DNA of 64,000 nt, taken from positions 1 to 64,000 of the forward strand of contig JBIKUX010000010.1 of the NCBI GenBank assembly GCA_044347345.1, given 5' to 3'. This document shows, in pieces, positions 18,589 through 29,147 of the stretch. Within the stretch, counting starts at the first letter, position 1, and every line of letters starts with the position of its first letter. The notes under the pieces are model-generated. The model was not told the origin of the DNA. It saw nothing but the letters and a program-made list of their open reading frames with translations, and did no database searches. The translations under genes were made by a program, and so were the position numbers. This DNA is from Bdellovibrionota bacterium (GTDB taxonomy: Bacteria; Bdellovibrionota_C; UBA2361; JBIKUX01).

Positions 18589-19983
18589 ATGTCGGTGACT
18601 CTTTCCTTTCTTGGTGCTAGCAAAACAGTTACAGGGTCGCAGTATTTAATAGCGACAGATAAAGCTCGGGTATTAGTAGACTGTGGAGTGTTTCAAGGGG
18701 AAAGACAACTGAGGGAACGAAATTGGCATAAACCAGCTTTTGAACTCAGTAGTATTGATGCTGTTCTTCTTACTCATGCACATATTGACCATTCAGGGCT
18801 ACTTCCTCGTTACGCTTTTAGTGGTTTACATGCTCCAATTTTTGCGACTCCTGCAACAACAGCATTATGTGGACTACTTTTACCAGATGCCGGACGCCTA
18901 AATGAAGAAGAAGCGGAGTATCGCTTAAAAACAGGTCGTTCTCGTCACATTCCTCCAATACCTTTATTCACTGAGAAACAAGCTAATCTTGTTCTGAATC
19001 AATTCGTTTCAATTCCCTTTCATTCTCGGCAAGAAATTGCCCCCGGTGTTACGGCTGAGTGGCGAAGAACAGGACATATCCTAGGAGCAGGTTCGATTCT
19101 TGTTGTAGCTGATGGTGTGTCTATTCTTTTTTCAGGTGATGTAGGTAGATATGGTGTTCCAGTTATGAAAGACCCTGAACCAGTATCTTTGGGCGATATT
19201 GCGATAATTGAATCAACTTACGGTGATTCTGATCACTATGGTGCATCAGTCGAAGAAGATTTGGCAAAAATTATAACCGAGACTTTAGATAATAAAGGTA
19301 CTGTTATAATCCCTGCTTTTGCAGTTGGTCGAACTCAAACGCTTCTCTATTATATTCGTAAATTAGAGATTAATGGAAAGATACCCTCAGTTCCTGTTAT
19401 TATTGATAGCCCAATGGCAGCAGATGCTACATCTCTTTATAAGCAATTTCCTGATGATTATGACGAAGAAACTTTAAGGCTTTTTAGCGAGTCGTCGAGT
19501 CCGTTCATGCCAAAAAAAGGATATTTTATTCGCACTCGTCAAGAGTCTATAGCGCTAAATTCAATAACGGATCCGATGATACTTATATCTGCCAGTGGAA
19601 TGCTTACCGGTGGGCGTATTTTACATCATCTTAAACATCGAATAAGTAATCCGCGGTCTACCTTGCTATTCGTAGGTTTTCAACCTCCTGGCAGTCGTGG
19701 TGCTTGGATACAGAGTGGAGCGTCTAACCTTAGAATTTTTGGCGAAGATGTGCATATTGGTGCGCGAGTGGAAACAATATCTAGTTTAAGTGCTCATGCT
19801 GGAAAAACTGAATTACTGAAATGGATCGAAGCTAGTGAAGAATTTTCGGGACTTCCCAAGAAAATTTTTGTTACTCATGGCGAGCCTAGTGTGGCTGAAA
19901 AATTTGCTGTGGCTTTAAAAGACAAATTTGCTCTACCAGTATCGTTGCCTTCCCATCTTGATTCTGTGGTGATTAATCCGTGA
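18589..19983 (+). CDS. MBL-fold beta-CASP ribonuclease (ORF open from 18520)
   Basis: LTHAHIDHSG, GHILG, FSGD.G, ESTYG, FAVGRTQ, SGMLTGGR, LSAHA, HGE. Confidence 0.92.
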   Translation: MSVTLSFLGASKTVTGSQYLIATDKARVLVDCGVFQGERQLRERNWHKPAFELSSIDAVLLTHAHIDHSGLLPRYAFSGLHAPIFATPATTALCGLLLPDAGRLNEEEAEYRLKTGRSRHIPPIPLFTEKQANLVLNQFVSIPFHSRQEIAPGVTAEWRRTGHILGAGSILVVADGVSILFSGDVGRYGVPVMKDPEPVSLGDIAIIESTYGDSDHYGASVEEDLAKIITETLDNKGTVIIPAFAVGRTQTLLYYIRKLEINGKIPSVPVIIDSPMAADATSLYKQFPDDYDEETLRLFSESSSPFMPKKGYFIRTRQESIALNSITDPMILISASGMLTGGRILHHLKHRISNPRSTLLFVGFQPPGSRGAWIQSGASNLRIFGEDVHIGARVETISSLSAHAGKTELLKWIEASEEFSGLPKKIFVTHGEPSVAEKFAVALKDKFALPVSLPSHLDSVVINP

Positions 19984-20921
19984 GAAATTTCTTACAAAAT
20001 CGTCTTAGCACTCCTTTGCTCGATTTATTGAAGCAAGTAGCTTTACGACAAGGGCGAGACCTGTACCTGGTAGGTGGAGTGGTAAGAGATTACTTGCGCG
20101 GTGACTTAAAAGAAATCTCTGACCTTGATATTGCGGTTGACGGTAGTGGAATAGCTAAAGTGGCTGAAGAGTTGGCTGTCGAATGTAAGGCTGCATATCC
20201 TCATATTCATATTGAAACATTCCCAGCTTTTCAAACAGTAAAAATTAGAATTGGTGGTAGTAATGGTGACGAACAGGTAGATTTATCTACCACTAGAATG
20301 GAGTCCTATCCGGTATCTGCTGGTGCTCCAAAAGTTGAAGCTGCAACAATTTTAGAAGATCTTTATCGCAGAGATTTTTCTGTTAATGCTATAGCTCTTC
20401 AAATAGTACCACAATTTACGGGTGCTGTTTTTGATCCTTACCAAGGTAAAGATGATATAAATAACAGAATATTACGTGTTCTGTATCCAAAAAGTTTTAT
20501 AGATGATCCTTCGAGAATAGTGCGCGGTATTAAATTTGCTGTTAGGTTTGGATATGAGTTTGAACCTGAAACGGAAAGACTTATTTGTGAAGCTGTTACT
20601 TCTCCACAATTAACAGTTTTTACCTCGTTATCTCGACATATCTCTTTGCGTAAACGGTTTGGGCGAGAGTTATTGGCAATTTTAGGCCAAACCAACTGGC
20701 AACGAGGACTAGCTTTAATTACTAAATATCAAGTTCTCGGTATAATACATCCTATTTTTCAAGATACTTCATTAGTAAATAAAGTAGTGAATCGAGTGCT
20801 GGCAAAAAAAAAGCCTAGAAATCCTCAGGAAAGTTTGTTCGAACTATTGTCCCCCCTGAATGAGGAAGAACGTATAACTACAGCCTTAAGATTAGGTATC
20901 AAGAAGCTAGCAGCAAACTAG
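19980..20921 (+). CDS. tRNA nucleotidyltransferase (class II CCA/poly(A) polymerase family)
   Basis: YLVGGVVRD, DLD, EDLYRRDFSVNA, SFIDDPSRIVR..KFA.R. Confidence 0.9.
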   Translation: MRNFLQNRLSTPLLDLLKQVALRQGRDLYLVGGVVRDYLRGDLKEISDLDIAVDGSGIAKVAEELAVECKAAYPHIHIETFPAFQTVKIRIGGSNGDEQVDLSTTRMESYPVSAGAPKVEAATILEDLYRRDFSVNAIALQIVPQFTGAVFDPYQGKDDINNRILRVLYPKSFIDDPSRIVRGIKFAVRFGYEFEPETERLICEAVTSPQLTVFTSLSRHISLRKRFGRELLAILGQTNWQRGLALITKYQVLGIIHPIFQDTSLVNKVVNRVLAKKKPRNPQESLFELLSPLNEEERITTALRLGIKKLAAN

Positions 20922-20953
20922 TTCAATTTGTTTAGAAAGTTTACCGTTGTTTA

Positions 20954-21460
20954 TTATTTAATGCATTTCTCGCAGATACCGTCTATTTGAAAAGGAGAGC
21001 CTGTTGTAACGAAATGAAGACTCTTAAGTAAATTATTAAGATTTATGTTTAGCTGAGGAGTTAGTGCTAATTCTGCGGTTACTCCGCAGTTATTACATCG
21101 GCAGAGCAAGTGCATTGAATGCTTTCCCTCGTGGTTATGGACGCACTTTATAAATTTACCATTTGGACCCACACGGTGTAGAAGGCCTAACTCAGTGAAG
21201 CGTTCGAGGATTCTGTATACTGTTACTTTGTCAATTAAGGTTGAAGGAGCTTTACTAAAATCTTTTTTACTTTTTAGTTGAGCACTGCTTTGTTTATCAA
21301 GACGATCAAAAATTTCATTGGCAGATAACGGCACTTTACTAGAATCAAGCAGTTTAATAACTAGCCGACGAGTATTTGTCATGCGGCCACCATCCAATTT
21401 GATGGCGGCTTCACATTTTTCAGTAAATTGTACCGGACGGCAGCAGATATTATCACTCAT
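20954..21460 (-). CDS. Fur-family transcriptional regulator (Zur-like)
   Basis: RMT..R, TVYRIL, CxxC (CNNC) and C-terminal GICEKC; His-rich loop. Confidence 0.85.
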   Translation of the reverse strand: MSDNICCRPVQFTEKCEAAIKLDGGRMTNTRRLVIKLLDSSKVPLSANEIFDRLDKQSSAQLKSKKDFSKAPSTLIDKVTVYRILERFTELGLLHRVGPNGKFIKCVHNHEGKHSMHLLCRCNNCGVTAELALTPQLNINLNNLLKSLHFVTTGSPFQIDGICEKCIK

Positions 21461-21479
21461 TATATTCTAAAGGGATTTC

Positions 21480-23111
21480 TTACTCGGTAACAATTGGGCC
21501 AGCATTTTGGACCTCATCAGGACAGTCGCTACGATACTTTTCAAAATTATCTTTGAACAGGCGAGCTAATTTTATTGCTGTTGCCTTATATTTCTCAGCA
21601 TCCTTCCATGCCTTTGACGGCGTCAGAAGTCGTGAATCAATATTTCCACATTTAAGAGGTACTTTCAGGTTAAAAATTGAATCTATTTGAAAGGACTCAC
21701 GAGCAACCTCTGCTAACGAACCATCATGAATAGCGTTAATTATGGCTCTAGTGTCTTTTAAGCTCATCCTAGAACCAGAAGATATATCACCGCCACACCA
21801 GCCAGTGTTAATTAACCATACGTTTGATTTATGATTACGCACTTTGTCAGCTAACAGACGAGCATAAACTATCGGAGGGCAAACAATAAATGCAGCACCG
21901 AAACATGCTGAAAATGTAGCTTGTGGTTCCTTAATCCCCATCTCAGTACCCGCTAATTTGGAGGTGTATCCACTGATAAAATGGTACATAACTTGTTCTG
22001 GAGTGAGCAGGCTTACTGGTGGTAATACTCCAAAAGCATCGCAACTAAGAAAAACGATATTATTTGGATGACCCCCAAGTCCTGATAATTTGGCGTTTTC
22101 TATGAACTCTATTGGATAAGAGCATCGCGTGTTTTCGGTAATAGAGCTATCAGTGTAGTCTACCTCACGTGATTCGGGATCGTATACAACATTCTCAAGT
22201 ACTGAGCCAAAGCGAATAGCTTTATAAATTTCAGGCTCCTTTTCTGCACTCAAATTTATACACTTAGCATAGCATCCGCCTTCAATATTAAAGATTCCGT
22301 TAGGAGTCCAGCAGTGCTCGTCATCGCCGATTAATTGGCGTGTTTTATCGGCTGAAAGGGTTGTTTTTCCAGTTCCGGATAAACCAAAAAAGAGAGCAAC
22401 TCCACCATCTTCACCCTCATTTGCTGAGCAGTGCATTGAAAGAACACCTTGTTTAGGCATTAAATAATTTAGAACAGTAAATACACCTTTTTTCATTTCG
22501 CCGGCATATTCTGTTCCTAGTATAAGCATCTCTTTTTTTTCAAAAGATACGTCAATACTGGTTTTTGAGGTCATTTGCGCGGTATATCTATTTGCAGGAA
22601 ACTCACCAGCATTAAAAATAACAAAGTCAGGCTCACCAAAATTTTCAATCTCTTGAATTGAAGGACGTATAAGCATGTTGTGCATAAAAAGAGCATGATA
22701 AGCTCTTGTACAAATAATCCGTATCTTCAGCCGATATTGCGGATCTGCTCCAGCAAAACCGTCAACAACAAATAATCTTTCCCGAGTATTTAGATAATCA
22801 ATAGAACGTTCACGGTTAGTGTAAAATACATGGGGGTCTAAACCTATGTTTACATCACCCCACCAAATATCTTTCTCTGAAGCTGAATCTCGAACAATCC
22901 TTTTATCTTTTGGGCTTCTGCCAGTTTTCGGCCTAGAATCGCATATCAAAGCTCCGACACTCGATATAGCCGATCCTTTTTCTGAAGTAAGAGCTAACTC
23001 ATATAACAGTGCAGGCGAAGCATTGCGAATTATTTTTTTTACAGAAATATCGTACGTACTGAGGAGAGTGTGGTTTTTAGCACAATAGTTACTACTTGCT
23101 GCAGTTGTCAT
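21480..23111 (-). CDS. pckA: Phosphoenolpyruvate carboxykinase (ATP)
   Basis: TGRSPKDK, YAGEMKKG, GLSGTGKTTLS, LIGDDEHCW, EGGCYAK. Confidence 0.97.
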   Translation of the reverse strand: MTTAASSNYCAKNHTLLSTYDISVKKIIRNASPALLYELALTSEKGSAISSVGALICDSRPKTGRSPKDKRIVRDSASEKDIWWGDVNIGLDPHVFYTNRERSIDYLNTRERLFVVDGFAGADPQYRLKIRIICTRAYHALFMHNMLIRPSIQEIENFGEPDFVIFNAGEFPANRYTAQMTSKTSIDVSFEKKEMLILGTEYAGEMKKGVFTVLNYLMPKQGVLSMHCSANEGEDGGVALFFGLSGTGKTTLSADKTRQLIGDDEHCWTPNGIFNIEGGCYAKCINLSAEKEPEIYKAIRFGSVLENVVYDPESREVDYTDSSITENTRCSYPIEFIENAKLSGLGGHPNNIVFLSCDAFGVLPPVSLLTPEQVMYHFISGYTSKLAGTEMGIKEPQATFSACFGAAFIVCPPIVYARLLADKVRNHKSNVWLINTGWCGGDISSGSRMSLKDTRAIINAIHDGSLAEVARESFQIDSIFNLKVPLKCGNIDSRLLTPSKAWKDAEKYKATAIKLARLFKDNFEKYRSDCPDEVQNAGPIVTE

Positions 23112-23232
23112 ATCGTTTTCCGGAGTTGCGTGATTAGTTACCGCTTAAATTGGTAAAATAATTTTAGTTTAAAGTAGCTCTAAATTTTTATGAGTTAGTG
23201 TATACGGGATTAGGTCTGTAGTCCATTTAGAC

Positions 23233-24678
23233 TCAGACCGAAAAAAAGGAAGACGGAAGCATTTTACCAGGATTAAGAATACCGTGTGGATCAAAAGCAC
23301 GTTTAATATCAGCCATTAGAGCGCTTTCAATTGATGATTGAGTGTATGATAAGTAAGGGAGTTTAAGTAATCCTACTCCGTGTTCTGCTGAGATACTTCC
23401 ACCTAAAGACTTGATTAAACTGTATACCGCTTCGTCAGCAATTTTGCAGGATTCTGAGAACTCTGTTTCCTTCATATAAGTCGGTTTGACGTAATTAAGG
23501 TGTAAGTTCCCATCACCTAAGTGACCAAATATTCCGACTTCCAATCTTTGATCAATTTGTAATAGCACTCTTGGCAACTTTTGAATAAATTCAGCAAGTG
23601 TTGAGAGAGGCACACTGATATCGTTTTTGTGAATAGAATAACTGGATGAGAGTGTCTCAGAGATTAGCTCTCGGTAATTAAGTAGATCTTGTTTTTGTTT
23701 GGACCCTTGAGCAATCACAACGTCACAGAGGATTCCTTCTTCTAGGAGCTGGCTAAGACCTTCCTCAATGTCAGATGAGGTGCAATTTTCTATATCGAGA
23801 AGTATGTATCCCGGATACTTCTCGGTAAAAGGGTTTGATAATCGGTGAGACTCTATTACTACATCAAGGCAGAAATCATCGAAAAATTCGAAAAGAGATA
23901 ATGATGGAAAAATATCTCGACACCGCTCTAACAATCGAGGTATGTCCTGATAATCAGCGATAGCGCACAGAACTCGTTCTTCTGGCCCAGGAGGATTAGT
24001 TAGAGTTAAAATTGCTTCTACTACTAAACCAAGGGTGCCTTCTGATCCGATTATAAGATTTCGTAAATCATAACCAGTTTGGTTTTTGTAAAGGGCACCG
24101 TTTAGACGCATGACCTCCCCAGTCCCTGTAACAACTGTTAGCCCCAGTACCCATCTTCTGATATTACCCCACTTAATAACTTTGATACCACCAACATTAG
24201 TTGCGATGTTACCACCAATCTGAGCCGAGCCTTTTGCGGCAAAATCTAAGGGCAGGTGCAAGCCGGCTTCCTTAGCCACATTAATTGCACGCTCCGTGGT
24301 TACTCCAGGATCGAGTGTGAGAGTGCGATCGATTTTGTTAACTATCGCCTTTTTGTTGAATTTTTCAAATGAAAGTACAACTTCACCTTTGGTAGCCGTG
24401 GCACCCCCACTTAGGCCAGTTCTGCCTCCAGAGGGTACGATACCTAAGTTTTCAGCGATACACTTTCTGACAATTTCTTGTACTTCGATTATTGAAATGG
24501 GAAATAGAATCAATGATGGATTCGGTGTTAGCTCAGTGCGCCAGTCACGACCATACTTTATTAGATCATCAGCACCTGTTCTTATTCGGTCTGGCGGTAG
24601 AATGTAAGAAAATAGAGGCGCTATTTTTTGTGATAAAGAGCTTAATTCCTGAATTTTTTGAGAGGACACTCCTGACAT
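23233..24678 (-). CDS. FAD-linked oxidase (D-2-hydroxyglutarate/D-lactate dehydrogenase family)
   Basis: GGRTGLSGG, IGGNIATN.GG, GSEGTLG, GH.GDGNLH, ISAEHGVG, DPHGILNPGK. Confidence 0.9.
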   Translation of the reverse strand: MSGVSSQKIQELSSLSQKIAPLFSYILPPDRIRTGADDLIKYGRDWRTELTPNPSLILFPISIIEVQEIVRKCIAENLGIVPSGGRTGLSGGATATKGEVVLSFEKFNKKAIVNKIDRTLTLDPGVTTERAINVAKEAGLHLPLDFAAKGSAQIGGNIATNVGGIKVIKWGNIRRWVLGLTVVTGTGEVMRLNGALYKNQTGYDLRNLIIGSEGTLGLVVEAILTLTNPPGPEERVLCAIADYQDIPRLLERCRDIFPSLSLFEFFDDFCLDVVIESHRLSNPFTEKYPGYILLDIENCTSSDIEEGLSQLLEEGILCDVVIAQGSKQKQDLLNYRELISETLSSSYSIHKNDISVPLSTLAEFIQKLPRVLLQIDQRLEVGIFGHLGDGNLHLNYVKPTYMKETEFSESCKIADEAVYSLIKSLGGSISAEHGVGLLKLPYLSYTQSSIESALMADIKRAFDPHGILNPGKMLPSSFFSV

Positions 24679-24808
24679 ATACTAAAATTACGCACCTTAA
24701 TCCGATTAGAGCCAATACACCTGACAATAATACTCTTTAGAGCTACATGAAGCAAATTAGATAATTCAGACGAACTAGAATTGTACGAATATATTTTTGC
24801 GAGTGTGA

Positions 24809-25813
24809 ATGCGCAATTTTTTAATGCCTGCTGAAATGCTGCATGCGATATGGGTTTGGCGGAAAACCTGGCGAACTTTTCCTATTCTGGCGTGGATTCA
24901 GGGTGCAAAATTCTACAAGGAAGGAAAATTCGACAAGGCAGCTAAACTTTACGAGAAAGGTATTACTCGACATCCGACGCACCCGGCACGGTATGCCGCT
25001 CAACTAGATCTAGCCTTTTGCTATTTTAGAAGCATGGAATTTGTTAAGGCGGAAGTTTTACTACAAGAGCTTATCTTAGATAATCCAAATTTACTTGAAG
25101 CTCATATACTTTTAGTTCGTTTGTATCTTTGGACGGGGCGTCCTGTAAACGCTTCGAGTCATATTAGTTTACATATCAGAAATTTTTCTCATTCAGCAGA
25201 GTTAACAACTCTTTACTTAATGGCTTGTATTGAGAGTGAGACAAACGGAGACTTATTGCAGGAGGCTATTTCTTTTTTCTCCAAATCGCATAGCATAAAT
25301 CAGGTAACTGCAGGGAGTACTCTTGATTTGTTATCAAAAACAGCTAATGCAATGTTGCAGTACTATTTGGGTGAAGAAACTGAGAGCATAAAAACCCTAA
25401 ACCAAATAGTTGGGTCTAGTTGTCCTCCTGTTGAAGCGCTCCTGCGGCTTGCATACATATATCTTAAACAATGTAGATACGAAGAGACCTTAAGTTTGCT
25501 TCACAGAGCTCTTAGAGCCTCACCAAGTAATCCGAACATATTGTTAGCTTTGTCTCGTTGCTATTTGAGATTGAGGACAAAAGATTCAGTTTTATACGCT
25601 GTCCAACTTGCTACCTCAGCTTGTCAAGCGTCAAATTGGCTAAACAATCAAGCTCTCTGGATGCTTACGGAGGCTTATATTGAAACAGGAAACTTTATAG
25701 ACGCCGCTTTGGTAGCGAGAAAAGCTCTAAATGACGGTACGGACTTTTTTAAAAATAAAAGAACAGGCATAATTAAATCATGGTCTACGGATTCTTCTAG
25801 ACTGGATCACTAA
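24809..25813 (+). CDS. Tetratricopeptide repeat protein
   Basis: Repeated TPR-like helical pairs. Confidence 0.75.
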   Translation: MRNFLMPAEMLHAIWVWRKTWRTFPILAWIQGAKFYKEGKFDKAAKLYEKGITRHPTHPARYAAQLDLAFCYFRSMEFVKAEVLLQELILDNPNLLEAHILLVRLYLWTGRPVNASSHISLHIRNFSHSAELTTLYLMACIESETNGDLLQEAISFFSKSHSINQVTAGSTLDLLSKTANAMLQYYLGEETESIKTLNQIVGSSCPPVEALLRLAYIYLKQCRYEETLSLLHRALRASPSNPNILLALSRCYLRLRTKDSVLYAVQLATSACQASNWLNNQALWMLTEAYIETGNFIDAALVARKALNDGTDFFKNKRTGIIKSWSTDSSRLDH

Positions 25814-25912
25814 GCGACGCGCTTACTTGAAATATAGATTAGATGTGAGTTACCGTATCACTAAGGTCACCACAGTTTATGCGAGCTGATAAGTTTTTTG
25901 GAGTAGTATGTA

Positions 25913-26794
25913 ATGGGTTCGGGTAAAGCTTCTCCTTCTTTTGATGCAGTGTCTGAGAGGCGAATACAAGGGAAAGTTCTTCTTAACATTCAGGATTTAT
26001 CCGCTCAGATCGGTGAGTGCCCAATTCTCAAAGGCATTTCTCTTACAGTTCGAGAGGGAGAGGTTCATGCCATCATGGGACCAAATGGTAGTGGTAAAAG
26101 TACTCTTTCTAAGGTCTTAGCCGGTCATCCGAGTTATGAAATTACTGGCGGTACAGTTGAATTTAAAGGTAAGAACCTGCTCTCTATGGCACCGGATGAG
26201 CGATCCAGAGATGGTCTTTTTTTGGCCTTTCAGTATCCGCAAGAGATTTCTGGGGTCACCATATCAAACTTTTTACGCACTGCTTTAAATGCTCGAAGGC
26301 AAGAGCCTATTTCAGCAGTTGATTTTCGTAAATTATTGCAACTGAAAATGGATCTCTTGGGTATGGATAAGGGATTCGCCTCTCGCTTCGTAAACGATGG
26401 CTTCAGTGGAGGAGAAAAAAAACGGAATGAAGTACTACAACTAGCTGTTCTCGAACCTTCTTTAGCTGTATTAGACGAGACTGATTCCGGGTTGGATATA
26501 GATGCTTTACGTATAGTTTCAAGCGGAGTAAATGCTATTCGAGAGGAAAGGTGTGGAGCTCCGGCGGTAATTTTAATTACACATTACAATCGTATTCTTG
26601 ACTACATTAAGCCAGATTTTGTTCATGTACTTTCAGATGGTCGTATTATTTCATCTGGTGGGCCATCTCTTGCAAGGGAGTTAGAAGAGAAAGGCTATGA
26701 TTGGATTCTGCAAAAGGGAGATCAGCAGAAGTCAGGCCAGCAAGAGTCAGATCAGGGTTGTTCCTTTATTTCAGCTAAGGCCTCTTCGCTTTGA
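25913..26794 (+). CDS. sufC: Fe-S cluster assembly ATPase SufC
   Basis: [48 protein letters not shown]. Confidence 0.97.
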   Translation: MGSGKASPSFDAVSERRIQGKVLLNIQDLSAQIGECPILKGISLTVREGEVHAIMGPNGSGKSTLSKVLAGHPSYEITGGTVEFKGKNLLSMAPDERSRDGLFLAFQYPQEISGVTISNFLRTALNARRQEPISAVDFRKLLQLKMDLLGMDKGFASRFVNDGFSGGEKKRNEVLQLAVLEPSLAVLDETDSGLDIDALRIVSSGVNAIREERCGAPAVILITHYNRILDYIKPDFVHVLSDGRIISSGGPSLARELEEKGYDWILQKGDQQKSGQQESDQGCSFISAKASSL

Positions 26795-26854
26795 TGGTCA
26801 TGATATTTTCCGCAGTTTAAGGTAAGTGGCGTAAGTTTAGCTAAGCGAATAAAC

Positions 26855-28129
26855 ATGAATAAATCAAGCACAGCTAATTTAGTTAAACGGTGGGAACTAC
26901 CCAAGAGAGAAGTTTGTTACCAGGGGTTGTCTCAGGATGATATCTCTCAGTGGATTAACTTTCAAAAAGCTACTCTTCAAATGGTAAGTGATTCTCCTCT
27001 CCCAAACGAACGAATGGAGTGGTGGAAGTATACTTCTCCTCGGATGTTGTTCGGCATCTTAGAAAATGATTCAGTGAATTATTCCAATGAGAAGCAATTA
27101 AAGGATGTTGAGGTTTCTGTTTCTGGCCCTACGATCGGTGTAGCAGATGCAACATTTCAAAATGTCAAGACGTTTGATTCAATAGAATCTAAAAAGGAAG
27201 GGCAGTTTGATTTGTTGCATGACATGGCACCTCTTGACCAAGGAGCTAGGAGTATCTTTTTTCTTCAACAACTGTTTAGCTCAGCAGTAACGCTTATACG
27301 AGTACCGAGTGGTACCAAATTCAAAGAACCTTTTTTCATAAATGCCAAGGCAAAGAGTGCCGTTGGAAGTTATCTAACCATCATTATTGTGGAAAGGGGC
27401 GCATCGGCTGAATTTGTTGAAGAGGTTGAGTCGTTTGCTGGGTCGTCTCTTTTAATGGGTCGTACTGAAATACTGGTCGATTCTGAAGGATTATGTTCCT
27501 ATACCTTGTCTGGTGCTACTAAGGGCGAACATAGTTTATTTCATCGTATTCGCGGTCATGTAGGGCGAGCATCTAGTCTTGATGTAACCTCTGCTATTTT
27601 CGGAGCTAAAGCGGCTCGAATTGAAGTAGATTGTTTGATGAAAAAGGATGGGGGTCAGGCTAAAATAAGGTCTTTAGCAATTGGTAGTGATAAAACTCAT
27701 TTTGATTTGCATACTAATCAGATTCATATAGCACCTAATTGCAAATCTGAACTTTCGGCTAATGCTGTTATGAGTGATCGAGCCAGAAGTGTTTATTATG
27801 GTCTTATTGAAGTAGCTGAAAATGCTCATGGAACAGATGCTTATCAATCGAGTAAGAATTTGCTTTTGAGTGAGGATGCTCGAGCCGATTCGGTGCCTAA
27901 CCTAAAAATTTTAGCTAATGAGGTTAAATGTTCTCATGGTGCTACAGTTGCTCAATTAAATGATGATGAATTATTTTATATGCAGTCTCGAGGTATGTCT
28001 CGTAAAATGGCTGAAAATCTCTTAGTAAGTGGATTTATCGGAAAAACAGTAGCTGAAATACCCGGCAAATTTGGAAGGGACAAAGTACAATCAACATTAT
28101 CAACCACTGGGATGTCCTTAGAGGCTTAA
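26855..28129 (+). CDS. sufD: Fe-S cluster assembly protein SufD
   Basis: E.WKYT, NLLLS..A..DS.P.L.I...EVKCSHGAT, LFYMQSRG. Confidence 0.9.
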   Translation: MNKSSTANLVKRWELPKREVCYQGLSQDDISQWINFQKATLQMVSDSPLPNERMEWWKYTSPRMLFGILENDSVNYSNEKQLKDVEVSVSGPTIGVADATFQNVKTFDSIESKKEGQFDLLHDMAPLDQGARSIFFLQQLFSSAVTLIRVPSGTKFKEPFFINAKAKSAVGSYLTIIIVERGASAEFVEEVESFAGSSLLMGRTEILVDSEGLCSYTLSGATKGEHSLFHRIRGHVGRASSLDVTSAIFGAKAARIEVDCLMKKDGGQAKIRSLAIGSDKTHFDLHTNQIHIAPNCKSELSANAVMSDRARSVYYGLIEVAENAHGTDAYQSSKNLLLSEDARADSVPNLKILANEVKCSHGATVAQLNDDELFYMQSRGMSRKMAENLLVSGFIGKTVAEIPGKFGRDKVQSTLSTTGMSLEA

Positions 28130-28132
28130 TAA

Positions 28133-28462
28133 ATGGAAAATGAAAACAATCGTTCTTTCAAGGTAGCAACTGTAAATGATTTAAAGACGAATTGTTTCAG
28201 CTGTGAGGTTGATGGATGGAGCATTTTAATATTGCGTCATTCCGATGGATCGTTAACAGCTATTGAGGATAGATGCTCTCATGCTGATGTTCCTTTATCG
28301 GATGGTGAATTTGATCCCAAATTAGGCAAAATTACCTGTCCGGCTCATGGAGCAGAATTTTGCACCAGAGAAGGTACAGCCTTATGTATGCCAGCAGTAG
28401 CGCCTGTGAAGATTTTTTCTGTAAAAATTATTGGTGATGAAATTTGGATAGCAATACCTTAA
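28133..28462 (+). CDS. Rieske-type [2Fe-2S] ferredoxin
   Basis: DRCSH ... CPAHGAEF. Confidence 0.92.
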   Translation: MENENNRSFKVATVNDLKTNCFSCEVDGWSILILRHSDGSLTAIEDRCSHADVPLSDGEFDPKLGKITCPAHGAEFCTREGTALCMPAVAPVKIFSVKIIGDEIWIAIP

Positions 28463-29055
28463 GGATAGTGGCAGAAAAAAGTGTTAGCATTAGTGAAATT
28501 TTATTAGATGCTTACAGGTATCCTAGGCACCGTGTAGATTATCCAAAACATGTAGATTATCCAAAACATGTAGATTATCCAAAACATGTAGATTATCCAA
28601 AGAGTGGCGTAGGTCAGTTCTACGGTGAGGTTGCTAGTATTGAACATAAGGCAATAGCTACCAACCCTCGTTGTGGGGACTTAATATCTGTTGTTACCAT
28701 TTTAACTGATGAGCAATTGCGATATGGTTTTGAAGCTACCGGGAGTCCCTTACCTTTTAACTGGTCAGGAAAGGGATGTATCCTAAGCTTAGCTGTTACT
28801 GAGCTTCTCGTTAGATTCTTAAACGATTCTTTTAGTTTTTCTAATCAAGAAAGTATATTGCTAACAGTAGAAAAAAATCTTCTAGTTGGAATGTCAATTA
28901 AAGAGCCAGAGGATTCTATAGATTTAGGCGAACTAGCTTCAGTATTACTTGATATAGGTAAATTTCCGGTAAAAGCGCATTGCGCTGAGCTTGGCTGCAA
29001 GGCTATTCGAAAATTAATATCTGGATTAAGATCTCTCTTAATTAAGAGTAATTAA
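28444..29055 (+). CDS. sufU: SufU/IscU-like Fe-S scaffold or sulfur-transfer protein
   Basis: NPRCGD, GKGC..S, FP.K..C: three Cys plus Asp; suf context. Confidence 0.75.
   Translation: MDSNTLRIVAEKSVSISEILLDAYRYPRHRVDYPKHVDYPKHVDYPKHVDYPKSGVGQFYGEVASIEHKAIATNPRCGDLISVVTILTDEQLRYGFEATGSPLPFNWSGKGCILSLAVTELLVRFLNDSFSFSNQESILLTVEKNLLVGMSIKEPEDSIDLGELASVLLDIGKFPVKAHCAELGCKAIRKLISGLRSLLIKSN
28533..28601 (+). repeat. 18-bp tandem repeat TGTAGATTATCCAAAACA x~3.8 inside sufU
   Basis: Perfect in-frame copies encoding (H)VDYPK. Confidence 0.95.
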
Positions 29056-29147
29056 GCTTTTTGCCTCGGTAGGCGGGTTAAGATACGCTTAGTGTTATTG
29101 AGTTAATGTAGTTGTGTGTATTTTTTTCTTTTGAAAGGCATTTAATC

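Noticed and set aside
28533-28601. Possible CRISPR array
   Set aside because: Contiguous 18-bp units with no spacers, in frame inside a CDS; no cas genes in the window.
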